Assembly (NCBI GenBank): GCA_011109175.1
Contig: RDEW01000001.1
Coordinates: forward strand, 2,325,863-2,389,862
Source: Dicyema japonicum
Taxonomy: Eukaryota > Animalia > Dicyemida
Length of the DNA: 64,000 nt
Direction of reading: 5' to 3'
This document shows positions 40,700 to 53,484 of the stretch, piece by piece. Below the pieces are notes generated by a model. That model was not told where the DNA came from. It did no database searches and was given only the letters and a program-made list of their open reading frames with translations. Position numbers and translations under genes: made by a program. Position 1 is the stretch's first letter. The number at the start of each line of letters is the position of its first letter.

Positions 40700-43100
40700 T
40701 CTTGATTAATTGTGAAAACAGACTCAATCCTCAAGCTTAGTCACATCCATGATCCTTCTTAATTCAGTTTCCAGAGTTTAACTGATTTTCAGATTGGATA
40801 CTAAGATTTGTTGTCTAAATGATTTCTCATGGCAACTCCCATAAATATTAGGCATATTGTCGTCTAAACTTTCTGGATATAGCTGGGCCATAAATTGAGG
40901 ATATTTCTGTGTTAAAGTCCTCTTGGAAGACTGACGCTTTTGTTCCGGTTGATTACTAAGACTTTTTTATAATTGGTAGGACAATTCCACTGGGGGACTA
41001 AAGTCCTCTTGAAAGACTGACGCTTTTGTTACGGTTGATTACTAAGACTTTTTTATAATTGGTAGGACAATTCCACTGGGGGGCATTGAGTTTAGATAGT
41101 ATTTCAAATTCACAACGACTTGGAAATAGAACTTACTACAAGCCCTTTTGACTAGGAGATCTGAGTTACCCTGAACAGTTCAAGTGATCTCAATTGTCCA
41201 TTACGCTTTGTCAATGTGCTTTAATTACAGGTGATAGTCCATAGATAAGGTACCCATATAAGATATTTTACTTCATTTTGGAAATATCTTAACCCCCCGA
41301 CTTACTATAAAGATCTCCCGTTGATAAGTACATAGTAGCTACCAGCGTATAATGGAAGCATCAATTCGCTCTTGAGTCTTTTAATTAAGCTATGAACTAC
41401 AGCAATGCCAACACAAGAAGGTTCTTTTTCCCCAATTTACGTGTACCGGAGGCGTCTATCGCTGATTGGTGGGAGTGATCTAACTCTGAGCCACAGAGAG
41501 TGATGAATTCGGAACCATTATTTCGGATTCCTGCGTTTTCGAGCAATGGGAGGATAATTGAGAAGATAAATTGGTTATGCGGACCAATTTTGTTCTTAAG
41601 GAATTTATCTAGAAGTTTGAAATTGAAATTCTGTAAGCCAGGAAGCATAATCTACTGTCGGCTTCAAGAACTGGTAGTATAATTCCATCTGGATCAGACG
41701 TAATGACTTCTTTATGGATCTTGCACAAAAAGTTCGATCAATGAGGATAACTTAGCTACCAAATTACGAGACGACAGGAGTGGGTCTTCGAAAAGTCCAT
41801 GTTCCTTATAAAAGCGTAGTACTTCATCAAGTTGATAGCTTCCTTAATATTTGGTGCAGGAGAAATTCTGATTCACCGGATTTGTTTAAATTGATTCGAC
41901 GGATAGTATTCCGGTCAGATAAAGTAAAGGGTTAGTTCATCTTCAGAGCGTTTTTCGTCTTTATAAGGGAACGAGTTTAGGACTTGAAGATAGTGTTGTA
42001 GCATTTATACAATGCTCGGGGGACTAGCAAGTTTTCTGCTCGGGGATTGCACGGTTTAGATGACCCACTGCCGTGTAGATAAAATCCAATGTGTAAGGGT
42101 CAAATCCCGTTAGTTTACGGTCAATGAATAGCTTGAAATTTGGCCAATCTGCTTTCTTATAGTCCTTGAAAGATCTTTGTTCTTTGTGGGCTTTTGAATC
42201 GGCACAACTTTAGTATAATTGGATTTTGATGTAAGTCGTAGGTGAAGTTCCTTGAAATCAACGGGGAAATCCTTGAGGAAGAAATGGACGGGTGAAGTTG
42301 AATTATCATTTTTTTCTGAGTGGGGTCCTTGTGTGAATGTTCGGGTTGTTTAGAATCACCATTTTCGAAAGAGTCAACAATGGGCCGATTGATTAGTTAG
42401 TCATTGAGGGGGTGTTTGGCGTTGAGATCACATAATATAATATTTCCCANCGGGGAAATCCTTGAGGAAGAAATGGACGGGTGAAGTTGAATTATCATTT
42501 TTTTTCTGAGTGGGGTCCTTGTGTGAATGTTCGGGTTGTTTAGAATCACCATTTTCGAAAGAGTCAACAATGGGCCGATTGATTAGTTAGTCATTGAGGG
42601 GGTGTTTGGCGTTGAGATCACATAATATAATATTTCCCATTTCATGGAGTTTATATAGTTTTAGGGATATAGTATCTAGAGCAGGATCTCGACGGGGGAA
42701 TTATAAGTTGATCAATGAGGTGACCTGAACCATTAACGACATCATTCGAGATTTGTTCAGTGGTCCTGTGATGTAAAGTTATGTTGTCCACTCCTGTGAT
42801 CACATCAGAGTAGGTCAAACCGTTTTTAATGATAGTAAGTCGTCCACTTCCACGTAGGTCTTTTCTGATTACGGTGAATCCAGGAATGGGGATACATTTC
42901 TTAGATAGTTTTGACTCTTAGATTAGGCAAACATCGATCAGATGTTTTTACAAAAGACTCAGTAGCTCCGGGATCTTTGATTTTAAACCATTAGCATCAA
43001 GAGCATAATAATGAGGGGTTTTTTTCAATGTCTCCAAAAAGTAAGAGTTTCCAAAAGAGCAAGCAACGCCTCACATTCCAAGTTGAAGTATACCATCCAG
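40700..43100 (-). mobile_element. Decayed jockey/I-like LINE (2A-like motif, APE, RT)
   Basis: LLLFGDIEKNP then DANGLKSKIPELL..IDVCLI.ESKL..IPGFTVIRKD; DWPNFK linker; RT remnants near 41400-41700. Confidence 0.7.
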
Positions 43101-43714
43101 ACTTCGAGTCGACCGGATGGGGAAGAGAAAATGGTTCTTTTCGATGTCTTTCCACACTGAGCGCCACCACACAAAGTGAACCACCTGACGCAACGCAAAC
43201 GTAATCCAAAAAATGGTCTCTTATGTAAAAATGTTTATTTGCATCATATACGTGAAAGCAAACAGATGATCCCCATGCTAATTCAATTTAGTGCGGAAGG
43301 GATTCAAAAATGGGTACTCCGTACCACACCATTTGTTCAGAACACCGAGTTTCTTATGTCTCCAGAGTCAGTCACCTTTAGTGCGGAAGGGATTCAAAAA
43401 TGGGTACTCCGTACCACACCCCTTGTTCAGAACACCGAGTTTCTTATGTCTCCAGAGTCAGTCACCTCAACCATGCTTACAAAAAAGGCATGGCTTTTCA
43501 TCCAACATGAAGTTGACATTTCGTGCAATAGAAATACACCCCCACCTCGACTTCCTGAGCTACTAACCAATGTAGGTGGTAGTGATCACTTGATCCGATT
43601 TTCAAAACTTGTATATGTATCTACCCACGTTGACTAAAACTCGTGGAGTTGAAAATGGATTGGGAGACTCCCAAGGTAAACGACGGAAGAAACATTCTGA
43701 ACCTCCCTAAGATT

Positions 43715-44557
43715 TCACTTCAATAAAAAGATGATATTAAAAGTAAAAGTGAAACCATCACTGGGAGTCCACAACATCTTTCCAGAAAATATCGAAATCA
43801 TGCGGAGGTTGGTACCTTCAGTTATAAGCGAATAATACCCAAATAAGTCATCAGGAAGGGGGCTTTTTGACAAAAGTATTTGTAGAACAGGATAATACTG
43901 ACTGGCCGAGATTGGGCTCAACTGAGAATCAGAATTGGGGACCCATTTATTATCATAACTACTATAACCAGGATGAATTACCATTTGTAGTGCGCACGTG
44001 ATATCTGATGGAGTCCCTTAATTGTTAGGAAAATGAAAAACAGGATNATCAAAATCATACGGAGGTTGGTACCTTCAGTTATAAGCGAATAATACCCAAA
44101 AAAGTCATCAGGAAGAGGGCTTTTTGACAAAAGTATTTGTAGAACAGGATAATACTGACTGGCCGAGATTGGGCTCAACTGAGGATCAGAATTGGGGACC
44201 CATTTATTATCATAACTACTATAACCAGGATGAATTACCATTTGTAGTGCGCACGTGATATCTGATGAAGTCCCTTAATTGTTAGGAAAATAAAAAACAG
44301 GATAGTGATGCTTGAATACTTCTGCCGCGGAGACAACCTTATGGGTGGCTCTGTCCATTCCTTCCCACAGGATTTGATTTACTTCGGTCTAGAAGTAAAA
44401 TATGGTGCAGTACATTGAATAATTCCTCAGCCTTTTTGACTAGACTAAGGACGTCTGATGACTTTGTGACTTTCATGATGATCGCGTTCTCGTCCAGAGG
44501 AAGTGGAAGTTTATTATTTGTTGTGACTTGACATTCACACTCAGTATAATTGTCCAT
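43715..44557 (-). CDS. RPP25L: RPP25/RPP25L-like Alba-domain protein (RNase P/MRP subunit); 3' part duplicated across the n at 44047
   Basis: Spliced MDNY...IMKVTKSSDVLSLVKKA..FN|TEVNQILWEGMDRATHKVVSAAEVFKHHYP|GLHQIS...KWVP...PVLQILLSKSPL...GY, aligning with the Rpp25 family pattern. Confidence 0.78.
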
Positions 44558-44721
44558 ATCGCACAAATTATTTAAATTTAAATAATAAAAAATTAAATAT
44601 TTTTTAATATAATAAAAATTAAATATTTAAAGGCGATTTAAATCGTTATATTTATGTTAAACTTGAAATTTTTATGATTTATTTAACTTTTAAGTAAAAG
44701 TAATTATTTCATAACGCCCGT

Positions 44722-47200
44722 CTAACTCAACCTTCTCTTCTTGGGGCCAACCTTTATTGCTTGTATAGGTGTGTTCACGTCACTACACACCCCACATTCA
44801 GAGACTACCCTAGGTTGACATTCCATCCCGTCTTCCTTGTCAACAGGCATCGATACTCCATGCCTCTTTTCAGCTTGCACACTCTCCAAAGTCTTCAGTG
44901 GCTCTAGCGTTTGCACATAAGCATTGACTCTTTCTTCCACCTTGAGGGCATCAAGGCGACCCCTGTAGAATATTTATGCAGTTTCATCCCAGGTGGATAA
45001 TCTCAAATTCGTTCGCCATTAGGTCATTTACTCAGTCAAGTCGGGGATAGGGTGAGTGATGTCTACAATAAAAGACGTCGTTCGGTATTGTGGAAATTGG
45101 GATCTGCGTGATTGTGCCCCTCAACTCGCCCAGCCCGTTCGTAGAGAGAAGTCATACTTGTGGAGCTTTTCCACCTCGTTTTCTACCTCGACCTGCTTGA
45201 AGCAGTTTTGCAGTGATCCCTATAAAATATAATTAAAATTAATAGTCTGCTTGATCCAGGGTTAACTCAGTGGTTATCAGTAAATTTGACTGTTTTAAAC
45301 AACTCCAGCTCGTTAACCAATAGTTTTATTGGAAAATGCAATAATAATTAGTGTGATCCTGAAACTGATGTCGAATATCATCTCACAAACTTCCAATTTA
45401 TTGGTCAATTTAAGTGAGCTGCATCTTCTCTTAACAAGATATGAAGTTTAAAGTACAAGATTATCTGAGATCGAATTACACAATTTTGGAAGCTGTTCTA
45501 TAATCTTGCTCCATCCTCCCTTAACAAGATATGAAGTTTAGAGTACAAGATTATCTGATATCGAATTACACAAATTTGGAGGTTGTTCTATAATCTTGGA
45601 ATTATGTCAAAAATGAAGCATTCTAAAAGTCAATTTTATAAGATACATTATTTTTAGGTCTATTATTTTCTCTCTTAATTCTGAATCACAATCATCCACT
45701 GCGGAATATCAAAATTTAGCAAATCCTGAAAAAAAGTTCAGTTTTGAGTGATAGCAAGTGTGATGTATAAATTTCCAAATTCATACTCTGCAACTTTTTC
45801 GAATTAAGAAAAACGACAAATTTCATTTTTTTGAAAATCATAAAATAAGTCAATTTATCCATAAAAGATTTTACTGTTACATGATCTCCTTGTAAGATCA
45901 AAGATATCTAAAAGTAGTCTTAATTTCTCTAATCTCATTAAGTTTAGAAAAAACCCAACTCCAAATGTATTCCCATTCGTAGATTTTTTGACGGATTCAA
46001 TCATTGCTAAGTGTTTTCGTTTTTTTATAAAAATTAAAAAATCAATAATTAAAAATCCCATTCCCAAAAAGCTGGCGATATCTCCCAGGTTGAGAAAAAA
46101 CCCAACTCCAAATGTATTCCCATTCGTAGATTTTTTGACGGATTCAATCATTGCTAAGTGTTTTCGTTTTTTTATAAAAATTAAAAAATCAATAATTAAA
46201 AATCCCATCTCCAAAAAGCTGGCGATATCTCCCAGGTTGAGAACCACCGGTTAAGATTGGACTGGTGGCGTACCTCTATTGCAGTAAATGTTTTTATCTC
46301 CTCATGAAGTTTTTCTGTGTATGGACAATATGACATACTTTGNGTGATGTATAAATTTCTGCAACTTTTTCGCATTAAGAAAAACGACGAATTTCATTTT
46401 TTGGAAATCATAAAATAAGTCAATTTATTTATAAAAGATTTTACTGTTACATGATCTCCTTGTAAGATCAAATATACCTAAAAGTAGTCTTAATTTCTCT
46501 ATTCTCATTAATTCTCCCAGGTTGAGAACCACCGGGTTAACTGATCGTAAGATTGGACTGGTGGCGTACCTCTATTGCAGTAAATGTTTTTATCTCCTCA
46601 TGAAGTTGACTTGTTTTTCTGTGTATGGACAATATGACATACTTTGGGGACGTGCTGAAGTTTATAAATTAAAAGAAGGGACGAATAGCGAATATTTGAT
46701 TTTAATGGGCTTATCTTAGAAGATTTTGATTGTGGGATGAGTATTAGTAGTTCACACCAATCTATAGCTAAACAGTAGCGTGCTCAGTTGTGAAGAGTCA
46801 ACAACATTTTTTCTTACCTTAAATATTTTCTCATTTTCTATATTTTTTGTTATATTTCCTCCAAGGATATGACCGATAGGATACTCTGTGTAAAAGAATA
46901 GTTAAAATCAATTTGTCAACTGAGGAGTCAACAACATTTTGTCTTACCTTAAATATTTTCTCATTTTCTATATTTTTTGTTATATTTCCTCCAAGGATAT
47001 GACCGATAGGATACTCTGTGTAAAAGAATAGTTAAAATCAATTTGTCAACCATGCAGTACCTGTTCTTATGACGGAGAGAGCATCTTCTCCATAGCTTGT
47101 ATTAGAATACGTTTTGTAAACCAACTCCTCAACAATCTGATGATACTTTGGAAGGCTGGTGACATCGTTCATATGAGCTAATTGATTTCAATTGGCTTGT
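44722..47200 (-). CDS. Hypothetical multi-exon coiled-coil protein, possibly pseudogenising
   Basis: Exons such as SLQNCFKQVEVENEVEKLHK|GRLDALKVEERVNAY...KKRRLS* and TSPKYVILSIHRKTSQLHEEIKTFTAIE; two abnormally long introns; model incomplete. Confidence 0.35.
45023..45148 (-). pseudogene. Duplicated fragment of the V-ATPase B gene (source ~48286-48428)
   Basis: [19 protein letters not shown]-[intron remnant][10 protein letters not shown]; direct nucleotide similarity to the intact gene 3.2 kb away, with two small deletions. Confidence 0.92.
45620..46540 (-). mobile_element. Internally deleted hAT element inside an apparent intron (partly duplicated across the n at 46343)
   Basis: 5' TIR-like CGGTGGTTCTCAACCTGGG (minus strand, ~46250 and ~46530); LQGDHVTVKSFMDKL...HLLSLKTEL transposase remnant. 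Confidence 0.6.
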
Positions 47201-47825
47201 TAATTACAAACGGACAAAATTTTAAATCAATCAATCATAGAATGTTCAAAATCTCAAGAATTTGTATGACAAATCTGTTCGATCTAAATCCATCAAAAGA
47301 ATGAGCAAAACGGGAAAGTCATTTACTGTGTGAAAAGTCTATATGAGAGGTGATGTTCAAAGTACTGTTAGTGAGTCCCTTTGGTTCAACTTTTTTTTAA
47401 AAAGCTAACCAAGGAAACCTCATTTACTGCCTCCAAAACTAAATAAATTCGCAGTCCCTATTTCAAGCTTACATAACAATTTGAAAATGAAACGAGACCA
47501 ACTCACCAAATTCAACAGACGAACACTAAAACTCTCATACACAGTAACTGCTAATGAGACAGCACGAGAGGAATATCAATGACTGTATCTCGAACACTAA
47601 GTTTAACTAATCCCACCATTAATAGTGGCTATCTAATTGTCCCACACATAAGATATCCATTACACCACAATCTAATGCCTCTCACAAGNTCCCACAATTA
47701 ATAGTGGCTATCTAATTGCCCCACACATAAGATATCCATTACACCACAATCTAATGCCTCTCACAAGTGATGGACAAATATTATAATAAACACCATAATA
47801 TATTAGTAATTAGAATAGTCAGTGA

Positions 47826-49484
<1,659 letters not shown>

Positions 49485-49649
49485 TCGTCTCAATAATAAA
49501 AATAAGACAATGTGACCACAAAACAATAGTGATTAATTTAATTATAGGTTTACCGGTTTCACTTGTTTTTTAATAGTAAAAACTAAAATTAATAAAATTA
49601 ATTCTAACTTCAATAGACTATTTTAAAATTTATAATATTAAATGATTAT

Positions 49650-49930
49650 GTACGGACGCACCCGCTAACAAAGCGATGGAAGATTACTTTGACAGATGCG
49701 AAAAACTCTTCCGCGGACGACCTAGATCGACACTTCTGACAGCCCTAAACAAAGACTTAAATCGTGTGAGAAAAAATTTAAAGACGGGAGACGACCTGGA
49801 CGAATTGAGATCACTCGCATTCGACAGAGGAAGATGGAAAATACTAACTATAAATATTGTTTCTTTGAGTGTTGCACATGCGGGGCTATAATCATTATGG
49901 CTTTCGTGAAAGTGCTTTAATAATAATAAT
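49650..49930 (+). mobile_element. 3' fragment of an RTE-like LINE
   Basis: FRGRPRSTLLTALNKDL...LRSLAFDRGRW, then a TAA-rich tail. Confidence 0.6.
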
Positions 49931-50284
49931 ATGTACTTTTCATAATGTACTACTAAATAAAAACGCTCGTTAGAGAAGTGGAAGGGATCGATTGAGTCGG
50001 TCTGCTTTGAAATGCCACAATATGACTCTTAATTAATTGACTATTTTCTCGGAAATTGCCATAATTTTTTGAAAAAATGGAGAACGACTTAAGATCACAG
50101 AGAGTGATTGAACAGGTCTGATTGTTACAAGATGAATCCTAGTCATATCATCCTTCCCTCGGAAAGTGGTATAATATTACGGGGGAGCATGAAAGATGGT
50201 TATCATTAGCCTTCCATTAATGCATATTAAATTAATTACAATTATTTCCAAAGACCAATGGTAACCAAACTAACTAACTCTCCG

Positions 50285-50462
50285 ATCCTGACTTGTTCCA
50301 GCATTCCAGAACTTGTCACCAGTAAACGACGTTATCCCCGGAGAAGAATTGTTGGATCCCATTGATGCCGACCAGGCATTGGGCACCTCCTCAGTAAGGT
50401 GGATCCAATGACGCCATTTTTGACAAATTACCCACATAGCACCACATGGCGCCACGCAATAT
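50285..50462 (-). repeat. Dispersed repeat, copy 2 (see 32888-33110)
   Basis: Reverse-complement similarity to 32888-33110. Confidence 0.85.
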
Positions 50463-51665
50463 CCTATAGGAATGCTAATACTGCGCCATTAGTTATATGA
50501 TAATTTCTCAAGAATATTGTCTCTTTACAATATATAGGAATGCTAATGATAATAATAACACCATAGACCACAATCACACAAACTAACTAATCACGTGATC
50601 CCATCACACTTTAGCAGGGACCTCATCTGGCCCGATGCTCCTCCCTCGACCCCACACAACCACGTATCTGTCGAGTGACTGGAACTTCGAGTCAAGACGG
50701 CAAGTTCCATGGTTCACTCGTATCAAATCTTCAAAAGGCATTGGTGGCTGGAACTCTCCAGAAATCCAGCGTTCCTTGATTTTGGAGGCTACAGCGCCAT
50801 TAGTGATATGATAAAATTCCCCAAAGAATATTGTCACTTTACAATAAATCGATTAATTAAATTTCGATATTTAATTGGGGTTGTTGTAACGTGGCTAGGA
50901 AGAGTCTGTTAAGGTTGACGTCGAATAGCATGGCTAGGAATTTAGGAATTGATTCTCAGGAATCCTTGGCCCATAAACGGACGATCAGTTCATTGGATCG
51001 GGTCAATGATTTAAAGGGTCACCTGGATGGTTTAGAGAGCGTATCTCGATAGCTATTGTCGGAAGAAACAGCATGGATATTCAAGCTCCCTAAATTAAGT
51101 GCTCTTTTGACATTTTTTAATTAATAAAAAAAGTTTTGACATCTCAGCTAGTTTGGTGCCCAAATCTGGTAAGTTCTAGGCCAACAAATTGTGGCTTCAT
51201 TAAATTTGAATATTGGTTATTGGATTTTTGTTTAATCAATCTCCATCTACTCTAAAACTGGTATCTCCAATGTCCACCAAACCTGATGGTGGATCAAGTT
51301 AGTGATCATAGGGATATACCTCTAAAACAGGGGATGGATTTACTAGTAGGAAGATTCTCTAAGAGGATTAGAGTAATTGCTGAGAATTGAGCAAAAGACA
51401 CAGCCAAATATCGCGTCCACCGCCGGGAGATACCTGAATGATTGGCTGTGGTCTCCCTTTCCTTAAACAACTAATGAAAGCCTAATTAAAGGAATCCCTT
51501 AATAGGCTAGAATAACCTAGGAATGCCAATAATTAGCCTGCGGTTACACGGCTAACCAAGATTATCCCATAAATATGAATTCTAAATTACAACAGTCATC
51601 GTAGATATTTCCAAGAATCACAACGTCGAAAGAGTAAGGGACCAAGTAAAATAAATAATTATTGA

Positions 51666-52199
51666 TCATGAAAACATTAAAAATAATATGAATAACGCTC
51701 CTACGATGAGGAAAAAGTGGGGGAAGGCCAGGTGGACCCGATCTACATTATAAGGCGAATTACCAGCGGATGGCTGACGATCTCGGTCGTTGTTCATTGG
51801 GATAAAGAGGGACACAAAACTGAAGGGAAAGAGGCCAAAATTAATGGAAGAGACGGTGAAAGGGAAGAAGGCATCAAATAACCCATTCCCCTGCGGTTCT
51901 GGTTCTGTTCGCTGTCCTGCGGGACGTTCAGGAATGTTAGACCTCAAATGGTCATGTCAGGGTACCTTGGATCGATCTCAGGCTGTCCATTAGCATAAAT
52001 TGGAGTTAAGGAATCCTTCGATATCCCCGATCTACACAAGGGACATGTATTGCCAGTATTAGTTTGCATCCACTCGTATATGCAAGGCCAGCTGTCTTAT
52101 TAAGAGAATAAACAACCAGTGAAGATGCCCACATTGAGTGACGACCGGATCCTTAGCCATATCGAGGCAAATATTGCAATTAAAACCCTCAGAACTCAT
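51666..52199 (-). CDS. RNF185: RNF5/RNF185-like ER-membrane C3HC4 RING E3 ligase (3 exons)
   Basis: [35 protein letters not shown]...CPLCR...DPR|SNIPERPAGQRTEPE...GLFPF...FLIVGALFILFLMFS*; introns of 25 and 23 nt. Confidence 0.9.
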
Positions 52200-52272
52200 A
52201 CAAAAAGAAATATATTAATTTAAATAAATATTATTTTAAGTTATTTAATTAAGATAAAATTTGTAAATAAGG
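52200..52272. promoter_or_regulatory. 73-bp AT-rich intergenic, putative bidirectional promoter
   Basis: Separates divergent ATGs at 52199 (-) and 52273 (+); almost entirely A/T. Confidence 0.5.
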
Positions 52273-52589
52273 ATGGATAATTTCGTTGGTGGAGATACTA
52301 TTCAAATCAGTTTTACCGATCACCTCCAAAAATTGCTCTTAAAGTCAGTGTTAGTACTAATTTCAGCCAAAATGGGATCGATTCCGCATCCATCGTCGAA
52401 GATTTAAAGAACCACATCCAGTCAATAAAGTCAACGATCGAGAGTTATGGAGAACTTAAGGAGTCGACTGATCAGTTGAAGAAAATCGAGGAAGACTGCA
52501 TCAAAAAGTACAACAACAATTTAGAAACTATAAAATACGTCACTCAGCAAATAAACAACAACATTGTTGTTTCTCCCAACGACTTTTAA
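52273..52589 (+). CDS. Small coiled-coil protein, possibly BLOC1S1-like (2 exons)
   Basis: MDNFVGG...FTDHLQKLLL|NQNGID...GELKE...KIEEDC...LETIKYV...*; one 23-nt GT-AG intron; family assignment weak. Confidence 0.5.
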
Positions 52590-53484
52590 AACATTTTTCT
52601 CTATAAAAATGAGATTAAAGAAAATTATTCCTTTCTTATAGTTAGGTTTGATGCTCCTAGCTTTCATGGCTTTTATTGTGGATGGTCAAGGCTGTCCTGA
52701 TTGTGCTTATTCGTCATTGTAACCTAGACTGGTGGAAGTATACTTGGTCATTAGTTTGGTGTCCCACTCTCGCTAGCAAGTAGAAGTTTAAGATCTTCAT
52801 GTATACAGCCGCGATTACTCCCTTAAATGGAAGTGGAAGACTATCTAAGGGAAAATGCTTTTAAGAAAGTAATGAGGGAGTCTGGGGACCACTAAGGTCT
52901 TGCATGTAAGTGAAAGAAGGTAATTACAGACACCGCGGAAAGCCACATCGCCCCATATAAAAGCATGAAACTCTATATCCTAAACTATCAAGGAAAAATG
53001 CATTAATAAGGCACATAATGAGCCCTAGATATTTTAGAAATGTAAAATAGATTTTAAATTCCCCGGATATACACGAAAAAGGTTTTATCCAGCTTTCCTG
53101 TAAAAGATTGACTCGTACTTTCCTAGCACGATGCCCATCCATATACGCCATTATGGAATCCCTCAACTGGCGTAGGAACGAGAGGGATTTTTTTTGGATC
53201 TACTGAGTCAGGTGGATCCCATGACACTTTAAAAATAAAGAGAGTAAGGACTGATCAAAAGATTCACTCTTACAATTGTCAAGAAAACGAGAGGGATTTT
53301 TTTTGGATCTACTGAGTCAGGTGGATCCCATGACACTTTAAAAATAAAGAGAGTAAGGACTGATCAAAAGATTCACTCTTACAATTGTCAAGAAGGGATC
53401 AACTTGATACTTTAATCAAATTAGCTTATTCGACTAAATGTAGAAATTAAAATTCAAAAAAAAAATCATATAAAAAAAGCAATA

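Noticed and set aside
45220-45250. Possible GC-AG (31 nt) or GA-AG (28 nt) intron
   Set aside because: Both solutions keep the frame, GC-AG is a known minor class, and the gene model here is too uncertain to claim.
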